A stretch of 33,831 nucleotides of DNA from Octopus sinensis (GCF_006345805.1 NW_021832074.1:1-33831), one strand, 5' to 3'; shown: positions 11,587-22,338, numbered from the stretch's first letter. Translations and numbers: made by a program. The notes: generated from the letters alone by a model not told the origin.

Positions 11587-12392
11587 GCCTAGCGAAATAC
11601 AGGCACATAAGTTAGAAATTCTGCATTGATGAAAACCAAACTTAACTTTTCGTGTTTATTTTTTAAGTAGGAACGTAGAAGAGCTGTATTAAATAACTCT
11701 AGATTTACTCTTCTGACAGTACATTTCCGTTATGCACATAAATTATAGCAATATGCTTGCATACTTAACTAATAAAAATGCTTAAGAGTTTTGGTCTTTT
11801 ATTTTTCGTAAATATTGCGCTGTCAGATAAATTCGTTCGTTCTTCACTCCGCCACCATGTTTTCCAGTAGTGTTATTTGAATTATCACAAGAATATTTTT
11901 ATCGTAGTGTTTATGGGGTTTTCTAGCTCTGTCCCTCCTCTACAAACTTTTTTGGTTTATTGTTTTTTCAAAGTGTAATAAATTGTACTATGGACTGGCA
12001 AGTAGGAAAGAAAATACCGAATGCATTTATCTGACAACTCAATGGATGCAAAGTCAAAACTTTGAACAGTCAAACAAAAACCAGCGCTGGGGTCAGCTTA
12101 AATGACTTCATGTACTTAACTAGTACATTAGTATAATGACCTGCTAAGGATACCAGGCAATGGCGATTCCAGTGAGATTTGAACTCAGAATGTAAAGAAC
12201 CGTAAATTCCACAAGAAATTTTTGTGTAACATCCTGTACATACGGGTATATGCATAACTGGAAGGACAAATCCGTATACACTCTAGAAAGTACATGAGTG
12301 TCCATACATACTGTTGACATACGGGTATGCTGTCCAGGACTCTACCTTGGTATCCGTATTCTTAAAATACCTCGATTCTATTTTGTCCTGCA

Positions 12393-12423
<31 letters not shown>

Positions 12424-12454
12424 TAATAATAATAATAATAATAATAATATATAT

Positions 12455-12853
12455 ACTCTTTTACTCTTTTACTTGTTTCAGTCATTTGACTGCGGCCATA
12501 CTGGAGCACCGCCTTTAGTCGAGCAACTCGACCCCGGGACTTGTTCTTTGTAAGCCCAGTACTTATTCCATCGGTCTCTTTTGCCGAACCGCTAAGTAAC
12601 GGGGACATAAACACACCAGCATCGGTTGTCAAGCAATGCTAGGACAAACACAAACATATACACACACATACATATATATATATATATACATACATACGAC
12701 AGGCTTCTTTCAGTTTCCGTCTACCAAATCCACTCACAAGGCATTGGTCGGCCCGGGGCTATAGCAGAAGACACTTGCCCAAGATGCCACGCAGTGGGAC
12801 TGAACCCGGAACTATGTGGTTGGTTAGCAAGCTACTTACCACACAGCCACTCC
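12455..12853 (-). mobile_element. Full-length ~400 bp tRNA-derived SINE (family C) with internal microsatellite
   Basis: Minus strand GGAGTGGCTGTGTGGTAAG...GGGTTCAGTCCCAC...TTGGGCAAGTGTCTTC (CORE-like) ... GTCAAATGACTGAAACAAGTAAAAGAGT; near-identical in layout to 13096-13494. Confidence 0.9.
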
Positions 12854-13095
12854 ATATATATATATAGATATATTTCTCCATTTTCTTATTTTGTATATAT
12901 ATATATAACATAAGGGGCATCAGCCATCTGAATGTGGCTAGGGACAGGGCAGGGCGGTGGGGGTGTTACTGATGCATTTAGCCCCACGCGATCATCAACG
13001 TCACCAGGAGGGCTGACACCATCTCGGTGTCCTCTAGCCTGCAAAGGGAGATCATTCCCCGAAGAAGCGGATGCAGATAAATAGATAGATATATT

Positions 13096-13494
13096 CCTTT
13101 ATTCTTTTAGTTGTTCCAGTCATTTGACTGCGGCCATGCTGGAGCACCGCCTTTAGTCGAGCAAATCGACCCCAGGACTTATTCTTTGTAAGCCTAGTAC
13201 TTATTCTATCGGTCTCTTTTGCCGAACCGCAAAGTTACGGGGACGTAAACACACCAGGATCGGTTGTCAAGTGATGTTGGGGGGACAAACACAGACACAC
13301 AAACGCACGCACACAAACACATATACACATATATACGACGGGCTTCTTTCAGTTTCCGTCTACCAAATCCACTCACAAGACTTTGGTCGACCCGAGGCTA
13401 TAGTAGAAGACACTTGCCCAAGGTGCCACGCAGTGGGATTGATCCCGGAACCATGTGGTTAGTAAGCAAGCTACTTACCGCACAGCCACTCCTG
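13096..13494 (-). mobile_element. Full-length SINE (family C)
   Basis: Colinear with 12455-12853, same orientation. Confidence 0.9.
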
Positions 13495-14044
13495 TATATA
13501 TAAACAAATACAGCACACAATTTTTATTTTCTTCCATGCTATATCCTTTTTCTAGCTATTGTCCTGAAGTATATTTTATGAATACGAAAAATATTATATT
13601 ACAGCAATGAATACAGAGCAAATGAAAATAATTTAATAACAAATATAGACATAAAGAAAAAAAATAATTGATTTATAAAAAAAAATGCAGGGTAGAAAAT
13701 AAATTAAATATAATTCATTTTGTCATAAATCTTGAAATTAAATAAGTGAATAACTAAATAAACACAAAAAAAATATATAACTACATTTTGTAGTTAATTG
13801 TTAATAATGAGATTTTACGAGATTTAAATAACGATGATGAGATTTTTACGAGGAGTTTTTTTAAATGGCGTTGATGAGATCTAAATGGGGTGTTAATGTG
13901 AGAGAGAGAGGGAGAGAAAGGGGAGCCGTGTGTGTGTGTGTGTTTGTATGATAAGTTAAATTCACCCTGGTTTCGTTGAATGTGATTTAAATGATAACAC
14001 AAAGACATACAGCCGGACAGAAAACGGGCTTTATTGATGACAGC

Positions 14045-14134
14045 GGTTTTTGTGGTGGACTGCAATGGCGGCGGTGTTGGTGGTGGTGGTGGTGGTGGTG
14101 GTGGTTTTTGTGGTGGACTGCAATGGCGGCGGTG

Positions 14135-14166
<32 letters not shown>

Positions 14167-14216
14167 GGTGGTGGTGGCGGTGGTTTTTGTGGTGGACTGC
14201 AATGGCGGCGGTGTTG

Positions 14217-14248
<32 letters not shown>

Positions 14249-14292
14249 GGTGGCGGTGGTTTTTGTGGTGGACTGCAATGGCGGCGGTGTTG

Positions 14293-14324
<32 letters not shown>

Positions 14325-14363
14325 GGTGGCGGTGGTTTTTGTGGTGGACTGCAATGGCGGCGG

Positions 14364-14394
<31 letters not shown>

Positions 14395-14500
14395 GGCGGT
14401 GGTTTTTGTGGTGGACTGCAATGGCGGCGGTGTTGTTGTTGGTGTTGTTGTTGTTGGTGGTGGTGGTGGTGGTTTTTGTGGTGGTGGTGGTGGTGGTGGT
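14045..14500. repeat. Compound minisatellite: 32 bp constant core plus variable (GTT)n(GGT)m spacer, 6 full copies and 1 partial
   Basis: Core GGTTTTTGTGGTGGACTGCAATGGCGGCGGTG starts at 14045, 14103, 14182, 14258, 14334, 14401; partial at 14471. Confidence 0.95.
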
Positions 14501-14804
14501 GATATAGGCTGACGAAGGAGGTAGTTAATGGGATAGAAGCGATATTTCCGTTAGGTGGCGCCAAGGAGGAAATCATAAGAGATATATAGGAAGTGAAAGA
14601 GAAGAGAGAGAGAGAGAGAGAGGAAGATAGTGGAAGAGATGGTGACTAACAGAATGGGAGAAAGAGAGAAAGCGGGAGTGAGGGGCTGAGAGGCAGGAAG
14701 AGAGAGAGAGAGAGAGAGAGAGAAGGGAGAAATGTGTAAAACGAGCAAGAAACTTTATTATATCCTTAAAACTGATACTTATTCGTTGACTAGCGGAATC
14801 GAAT

Positions 14805-14909
14805 CGTCATAACCATCACCACCACCACCACCACCACAACCACCATCACCACCACCACCACCACCACCACCACCATCGTCATTACTATCGCCATCGTTAT
14901 CATCATCAA

Positions 14910-14945
<36 letters not shown>

Positions 14946-15116
14946 TATCATTTCTACCGTCGCCATTACTATCGTCATCGTTATCGTCAACATTGTCATC
15001 GTCATCATCATCATCATCAGCATCATCATCATCAGCATCATCATTATCATTTCTACCGTCGCCATTACTACCGTCATCGTAATTAACATAATCATCATCA
15101 TCATCACCACCAAAAC

Positions 15117-15151
<35 letters not shown>

Positions 15152-15260
15152 CTAGAGTCGCCATTACCATCGCCATTGTTATCATCGTCACTGCCAGCAT
15201 CAGTATCATAACCATCATCCCCATCGCCATCAATCACCGCCATTGTCATCATTGTCGCCT
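14805..15260. repeat. Cryptic (CCA)n/(TCA)n trinucleotide low-complexity tract
   Basis: Degenerate ATC/GTC/ACC triplets; internal duplicate ATCATTATCATTTCTACCGTCGCCATTACT at about 14941 and 15040. Confidence 0.9.
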
Positions 15261-15372
15261 TCAATATTGCTTTCACTTTCGCTATCTTCCACCCGAGTTA
15301 CTTGTGCAACCATCTCATTCCTTTAGACATCAACAGTGTCCTCCTTTCTTTTTCTTTTTCTTTTTCTTTTTC

Positions 15373-15547
15373 TATTCTTGTTTCAGTCATTAGACTGCGG
15401 CCATGCTGGGGCACCACCTTGAAGAATTTTTAGTCGAGTGAATCGACCCCAGTACTTATTTGTTTCTAAGCCTGGCACGTATTCTATCGGTCTCTTTGAC
15501 CGAATCGCTAAGTTACGGAAACTTAAACACCAACACCGGTTTTCAAG

Positions 15548-15549
<2 letters not shown>
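15373..15549 (-). mobile_element. 3' half of a family C SINE
   Basis: TTGTTTCAGTCATTAGACTGCGGCCATGCTGG...GCTAAGTTACGG matches 12470-12630. Confidence 0.8.
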
Positions 15550-15578
<29 letters not shown>

Positions 15579-15583
<5 letters not shown>

Positions 15584-15783
15584 ATCCAAACATGAAAACA
15601 CAAAGAGAAAACACAACAACGCGAGGACGTGGAACAAATATAGTGTTATTGGACGCTCAGGAAGGAAGGAAAGAAGGGTGGTTTAACGTTTTGAGCGGAG
15701 CTCTTCGTCAGAAACATAGGAAATGGAAAGATCCAGGGAAGGGAAGACGGAGGAAAGAAAATCGCCAACGTACACACGCGGTC
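15579..15783 (-). mobile_element. Family P1 repeat, second copy, hammerhead-like motif at 15681-15715
   Basis: Minus strand GTTT-CTGACGA-A-GAGC-TCC-GCTC-AAAACGTT-AAAC; embedded in (TA)n. Confidence 0.6.
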
Positions 15784-15793
15784 TTATATATAT

Positions 15794-15832
<39 letters not shown>

Positions 15833-15868
15833 AGATATATAGAGAGAGAGAGAGATAGAGAGAGAGAG

Positions 15869-15907
<39 letters not shown>

Positions 15908-16465
15908 AAGATACACATACCTATATATACATATATATACATGTATATGCATAAATGCGTAAATATATATATGCTCTCATATACACACACATAAATTCAC
16001 ACCTGGCACAGCATTGTGTCCTCCCTTTTTTATCGTGATAGGTTAATTCCAACATTTAAGTTGTCACCAGTAATATTGTTTATGCTTAATGTGCGTCGTC
16101 GTACTTAACGACATTAACTCAAATCTCTGCAAAAGGCCTATAGCCCAAACGGTTAATTCGTGAAAATGATAAAACGCAGCCGTAGTAATTTTAGCCTTAC
16201 ATCAAATGGATTATTGATAAGGTGATAATTAGGCGCACCTTGTAAATCAAAATGTAACGTGATATGTCATTTAAAGATTAGAAATTGAACTGGTGGACAG
16301 AATGTAAATTTTAAAAGAATATATTGAGTACATATAATAAAGTGCTTGGACAAAGATTGGTATTTGATTTCGGTGAGAATTAGTGGTGTGAGCTTTTTAT
16401 TATGCTGAATAGCTTACTGTGATTCCGTTATAATTATTGTTTATAGTTTATTTGTCATATACCAG

Positions 16466-16515
16466 GATGTGTCGACTGCTTTGAAATTTTACCAAATGAA
16501 GTTGCTTAAGATATG
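16466..16515 (+). CDS. Candidate 50 nt internal exon (DVSTALKFYQMKLLKI...) of an unidentified gene
   Basis: T-rich acceptor ending CCAG and strong donor ATG|GTAAGT; only frame 0 is open; lies in a unique, microsatellite-free island; no homology recognised. Confidence 0.3.
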
Positions 16516-16658
16516 GTAAGTATTAAGGCGTGGTAATGTAAGTGGGGTATTTACCTTTATTAAAAGCTTGGTATATGTGTATGCGCGCGCGTGCGTGTGT
16601 CTGTGTGTATCTGTGTCTATGCCTGTTTAATATATATATATATATATATAAATAAGTT

Positions 16659-16951
16659 GTGGAGGCGCAATGGCCTAGTGGTTAGGGCAGCAGGATCGCG
16701 GTTTCGATTCCCAGACCGGGCGTTGTGAGTGTTTATTGAGCGAAAACACCTAAAAGCTCCACAAGGCTCCGGCAGGGGGTGGTGATCCCTGCTGTACTCT
16801 TTCACCACTCTTTCTCTCACTCTTTCTTCTGTTGGCCTGCTCGCTTAGCCAGCGGGGTGGCGTCATTCGAAGGCTAAAACAATGCGAACGCATTGTGACC
16901 AGCGATGTGTAACAACATCTGATGGTCTGGTCGGTCACGTGATCACGTGAT
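16659..16951 (+). mobile_element. ~290 bp SINE (family B2): family B head with a different 3' tail
   Basis: First ~160 bp as in family B, then TTGGCCTGCTCGCTTAGCCAGCGGGGTGGCG...GGTCACGTGATCACGTGAT. Confidence 0.85.
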
Positions 16952-18172
16952 ATATAAGTTATATTTAAAGTTTAGGTAGGAAACTTTAAGGAGCAGTATC
17001 CAAACATTGTATTGGGAATTTCCCTTGTAGTGCGCCAGCAGACCGCGTTCACCGCTTGCAGCTACCAGGCATCATCCAGGGTGGCGATCTTTCGTTGCTG
17101 AATGTACGTAAGGAATTCCTCGGTCTGCATTGAGTGTATTCTAAATGATTAATACGGAAGACAAAAGGGTGGGTTATAATACTATTCCACAGCAATACCA
17201 ACAATCCAGCATACCTCCATCATCAGCCGCCCCACGGATATCATTATGATTTCGACACCTGGGCAGTACCATTCAATCTAACGGTACCAACAACACTAAA
17301 ATAAGTATTGTTTGGGAACAAGCAAACCAAAGAAACCACAACTTTCGAACACATTTACCCAATGTACAACCGTATCGATAAATAAACTCCATAAGTAAAT
17401 TACACCCCCCCCCCCGTAAATACGTAACTACACAGCGACATCTCTTAAGTTATAAAAAATTATCCCTACCGTCTTCTGTAGTGTGATATAAAAGTAAAGC
17501 TTAATAACCACATTATTTCAATCAATCAATATATAGGCAGGATTAAACGCAAACCTTACTAAAACTACAAGAGACATTTGAACCAATGTACATTGTATTG
17601 GTATTAATAGTAAACTGCAAAAACTAAATTATATGCTAAATAGCGATCCATCTTTAAGTCCATATAAATATTAATCCCACCGGTCTACCATAGATACTAC
17701 TATAATGAAAGTTCAAACCTTATAAAATTTTTTCCGAAACAAAATACGATTGAAATTAATTTAACTAATATTTTTATGAGTGAAATACATTATTTCATCA
17801 TTCAAAAGTTAATAACAAAACACTACATACTCATTAATATACTACTACTACAAGTAATAATATTAAATTACTAGTGATTAATATATACTTCAATTTCATT
17901 AAATAGGAACTAATAAAAGTACTTATAATAAACTAATATTATAAACTTTACTATGTTTAAAGCTAATGAAACTGTTTAAAAGACAATAAAACTACAAGTG
18001 TTAAAGCTACAAGTACTAACACTTACATGTTTAATCAGACACGTGGCTCCCTCACCAAGAATTTAAAGAGCAACTAAATATTAATGGCGTAGTGTGTAAT
18101 TGCCACTTTCCTAATTATCTCAATATCGGTGACGTAATAAGCAAATATCTCGAATCGTAAACCTTCATATCC

Positions 18173-18870
18173 TTACAAATATTTGCTAAGCTGAAGATGA
18201 GATATTATCCGGTATTTATTTAAAAATTCAAGTTTCCCACCTAAACAGTGATTAAATGTTTTAACCAACTAGCCATGTTTATAATCTTGTTTTACTAAAT
18301 GTCTAAGCAGCTTATTTATTCTTTCCAAAAATTTATAAGCATTATCTATAATGGAAGCACTGCGTCGGTTACGACGACGAGGGTTCTGGTTGATCCGAAT
18401 CAACGGAACAGCCTGCTCGTGAAATTAACGTGTAAGTGGCTGAGCACTCCACAGACACGTGTACCCTTAACGTAGTTCTCGGGGAGATTCAGCGTGACAC
18501 AGAGAGTGACAAGGCCGGCCCTTTGAAATACAGGTACAACAGAAACAGGAAGTAAGAGTGAGAGAAAGTTGTGGTGAAAGAGTACAGCAGGGATCACCAC
18601 CATCCCCTGCTGGAGCCTCGTGGAGCTTTAGGTGTTTTCGCTCAATAAACACTCACAACGCCCGGTCTGGGAATCGAAACCGCGATCCTATGACCGCGAG
18701 TCCGCTGCCCCAACCACTGGGCCATTGCGCCTCCACGCATTATTTATAATAGTGCTATACCTAACAATTTGTCCTGCAAAAACACCATAACCAATAAAAG
18801 AAGGAATTCTAATACTGAGATGTCTTAGAAAATTAAAGAATTTATTCCAATTCTCAAATGTAGGATGATG
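18173..18870 (-). pseudogene. Penelope-like retroelement RT C-terminal (thumb) remnant, interrupted by a SINE
   Basis: Removing the SINE and one TSD copy restores an in-frame ...IRIPSFIGYGVFAGQIVRYSTIINNAYKFLERINKLLRHLVKQDYKHG*LVKTFNH...LNKY, matching the PLE pattern IPSxxxYGVxxSQLxRYxxxxxxxxxFLxRxxxLxxKLxxQGY. Confidence 0.7.
18353..18736 (-). mobile_element. Full-length SINE (family B)
   Basis: Near-identical to 6776-7174; 14 bp TSD GCATTAT(C/T)TATAAT at 18339-18352 and 18737-18750. Confidence 0.9.
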
Positions 18871-18897
18871 CTAATAAAATAGCCCGAACAGGATAAA

Positions 18898-19085
18898 CTA
18901 CCCCTATTTTGCAGAAAAAAATTGCTGGCGGCTGGCTATGAGACTCGAACTCACACCTCCGTCATTACACGTCGCGGTGCTCTGGTTTGCTTAATGGTTC
19001 CGAGCACCGCGACGCGTAATCACGGAGGTGTAAGTTCGAATCTCATAGCCGCCCGCCAACACTTTTTTCTGCAAAATAGGAGTAG
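18898..19085. repeat. Long foldback palindrome (85/84 bp arms, 19 nt loop) with tRNA-like arms
   Basis: Arms 18898-18982 and 19002-19085 are about 88% complementary by manual alignment; the left flank is directly repeated at about 19116-19149. Confidence 0.9.
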
Positions 19086-19086
19086 C

Positions 19087-19118
<32 letters not shown>

Positions 19119-19280
19119 CCTGAACAGGATAAGCTACCCCTATTTTGCACACACACACATACACATACACACACATATATATATGTATATATAACGAGCA
19201 AAATAGCTAGTTCTAAAATCTCTAAACGAGATATAGGCAGTAACAATTGTAGACGGTAACGCTTTTCTTTTTTGCCTCTA

Positions 19281-19625
19281 TAACACGACTGTTCTATAAA
19301 GAATTATGTTATTAGATTTTAATCCCAGGGAAACGTCTTTTCCAACTGGCTGCGAGACCAACGACCGTCTGCCGCTTCTCTGCTTATTTATATACTGTGA
19401 GTGAGAACGATTGACAGCCATCTCTATCAGGCTGTCAATCCAGTACCGAAGACGTGTAAAGATCCAGAAACCATGGTTTACTGGTCTTGGCAAGCTAGAG
19501 AGGAGTGATTCGCTCCCTTATTCATAGTATATCGGACACAGCTTGTGTGTCGTCAACCAGCTGGAAAAGACGTTTTCCTGGGGTTTAAATGTAGTAATAG
19601 AGTTCTTCGTAGAACAGACATGTTA
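19281..19625. mobile_element. MITE-like element with ~78 bp imperfect TIRs and TA flanks
   Basis: Left TAACACGACTGTTCTA...CCCAGGGAAACGTCTTTTCCAACTGG versus right CCAGCTGGAAAAGACGTTTTCCTGGG...TAGAACAGACATGTTA; TA at 19279-19280 and 19626-19627. Confidence 0.6.
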
Positions 19626-19874
19626 TATTGACAAAAAAACGTTATATATACATATGTGTGTGTATGAGTATGTATGTGTGTATATGTATGTGTTTGTGTT
19701 TGTGTATGTGTGTATAAAACCAAAATTAGCCAACAGGTATGACTCGTAGCGGTCATTGACATGAATATGAATAACAGACAATTGCCACACAGCAGAAGTT
19801 CTTGATTTATTAAAAAGCATCTCCGCCTACAGAAGATGTGTCGCAATTACCAAATGGCAATCGAGAACATATAC

Positions 19875-19924
<50 letters not shown>

Positions 19925-20176
19925 AAGTGTGTGTGTGTGCGTATGTTTAAACGTAAGAACTGTATGAACAAACGCACCAAAGATAAACAAGCACTCAAGT
20001 TTTAACCGAAAACAATATGAATCCAGCTGCAGACACTCAGAAAATATATCTTCTGAAGCACCAGAACATAAACAGAATCTAAGCATTCAATTACCACCAT
20101 CTACAGCCTGAACGTAACCAGAGAAATATACTATTCTGCGGGGGTCAATATGAATGCGTAAGAAAGTTATTTTAAA

Positions 20177-20203
20177 CTAGCGGGACCCGTGAATATTTCA
20201 CGG
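20177..20203 (-). mobile_element. Helitron-like 3' terminus (hairpin plus CTAG|T); 5' end not located
   Basis: Minus strand CCGTGAA-ATA-TTCACGG-GTCCCG-CTAG|T. Confidence 0.45.
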
Positions 20204-20319
20204 AATAAATGGTAAACCTATTAGGTCATTTCTGAAGACTTATCCAAAAAAACTGAAAGCGTAGCCTGTGTTGTGTCGGTATCAAAAGATAGTCGCTCAC
20301 CGGCTACTCATTGAAAAGT

Positions 20320-20706
20320 GGAGGCGCAATGGCCCAGTGGTTAGAGCAGCGGACTCGCGGTCATAGGATCGCGGTTTCGATTCCCAGACCGGGCGTTGTG
20401 AGTGTTTATTGGGCGAAAACACCTAAAAAGCTCCACGAGGCTCCGACAGGGATGGTGGTGATCCCTGCTCTACTCTTTCACCACAACTTTCCCTCTTACT
20501 TCCTGTTTCTGTTGTACCTGTATTTCAAGGGGCCGGCCTTGTCACTCTCTCTGTCACGCTGAATATCCCCGAGAATTACGTTAAGGGTGCACGTGTCTGT
20601 GGAGTGCTCAGCCACTTACACGTTAATTTCACGAGCAGGCTGTTCCGTTGATTCGGATCAACCGGAACCCTCATCGTCGTAACCGACGGAGTGCTTCCAT
20701 CCATCC
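20320..20706 (+). mobile_element. Full-length SINE (family B) with (TCCA)3 tail
   Basis: Perfect 14 bp TSD ACTCATTGAAAAGT at 20306-20319 and 20707-20720. Confidence 0.92.
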
Positions 20707-21422
20707 ACTCATTGAAAAGTCAAAGAAATCGGAATATGATGATTACTTAGCGCACTTTATGTTTACACTTAATATACTTTATACACAATTTTACACAGTA
20801 CTCATAAAATAAGTATTCACTCATATTTTTCCATTTTTCCCATAAACAAAAAGGAAGTTATTCCGTACATTGATACAACCTTTAGTGAGATTGCATATCT
20901 CTGCCATATAAATAAGCGACAATATTTTACGGAATTGCACTTAGGCACATGCGTTATGTGATAGGTGTTATAAAAAAGCATGGTTCAATTTTTAAAAAAA
21001 TATTCTTTTCACTCTCCAATCAACCCCTTTCTGTCTCATTCTTCGCTTTATCCGCTTTTTCTCTCTCCCCTTTTTTCTTTCTGCCCTCTTTCCCTTGAAC
21101 TAATCACGTGAAAGAGTTACAATTACATTCCCTCTACGTTTCCTTCTCCCACTTTTTCTCCAATCACGTCAAAGCGTTACCGACGGGTTAAGTAACGCAA
21201 TGACAAGTAGAATTATTACAAGACAAATCCCGGCGTTGTGACAGCCTTCATAGGTCTAACCGACAAACCTACCAGATTCCTTGAAATTTGCATGGTGGCC
21301 TCTATCATCGATTCCGTGAGTAACAGCAGATATTTATATCAATTGGTACACAAACAGGTACCAAACTGCAGCAAATTTACCTCAACCGATGTTATGTGGT
21401 TAATAAAAAATAACTCATTTAC

Positions 21423-21744
21423 CTAAGTTTTAACATCATCTCCTTCGAAATAGTCACCTTGCGCAGCAATACACCACTCTCAGCATTCCTGCCACTTTTG
21501 GAATCTGGCCTGGAAGTCGTTTTCCGTAAGCGAGTCGAGGACCTTCTGCGATTCGCTCTGGATTTTGGAAACTGTTAAAACGGTGAGCTTTGAGCTGCAT
21601 TTTCATATTGGAAAAGTGATGTAAGTCCGCAGGCAGTAAATCTGGAGAATAGGGCGAGTGCAGAAGCGATACCATGTAGTTTTTGGCGAAAAACTCACGA
21701 GTGAAGACAGCTTGGAGACAGGGTGCATTGCCGTCGTGAGGAAT
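21423..21744 (-). pseudogene. Decayed mariner (Tc1/mariner) transposase C-terminal fragment
   Basis: PHDGNAPC...TREFFAKN...HSPYSPDLLPADLHHFSNMKMQLKAHRFNS, then a frameshift, then IQSESQKVLDSLTENDFQARFQKWQEC*EWCIAAQGDYFEGD; YSPDL and GDYFEG are mariner hallmarks. Confidence 0.9.
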
Positions 21745-22338
21745 CTACCACCTTACCACCATTAACTTATCTTTTAATGATTTGAAAAAATAAAAATAAG
21801 ACTACAAGATCTTTGGTGAATTTCACTTACAAGCCTTGAATGTGCGGATTCCCAAAATACTATACAAAAGAGTTGAACCAAGGACCTCATGATTGTGAAG
21901 CGGCCCTTTAAACCAATCCGCCAAGCCTGGGAATGCATGTAACCATACAAACATAGAATTATATGTATATGTACACACATTATTACATAAATATGTGCAC
22001 ACACTCCATTTATATACAAATATGTATATAGCAAAATACATGCATACATATATTTACATATATATACAATAATACAAATATATAAGGCACATGCATACAA
22101 ACAAACATACACACACATACGTACATACAAACATACACACATACATACATATTTACATACATGCATGCATGTATACATACGTCGAAGCCATGGTGATAAC
22201 CGTGGGGCAACTGATGATTGGGGTGTGTTAGATTGCTGATGGGGCTGTTATTGTATGTGCGGAATAGTTTTATAAGACATCCATTTGATACATACATACA
22301 TGAACATACATGCATACATACATACATACATACATACA

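Noticed and set aside
11851-11882. Perfect Kozak GCCACCATG
   Set aside because: The ORF is only 7 codons long (MFSSSVI)
13781-14576. Poly-His/Gln/Pro/Thr ORFs and a CRISPR-like repeat-spacer appearance
   Set aside because: Units shift frame each copy and are open in several overlapping frames; spacers are triplet repeats of variable length; no cas genes; eukaryotic context
14779-15276. Asp/Gly-rich 165 aa ORF resembling an acidic biomineral protein
   Set aside because: Explained by a degenerate (GAT)n tract; no signal peptide or splice context; cannot be fully excluded without RNA data
17300-18170. A/C-skewed AT-rich segment resembling a mitochondrial insertion
   Set aside because: Spot translation of the minus strand with the invertebrate mitochondrial code gave no recognisable mitochondrial gene motif
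6776-20706. tRNA genes at SINE heads
   Set aside because: A and B boxes are present, but they continue into shared SINE bodies with TSDs and lack complete cloverleaves
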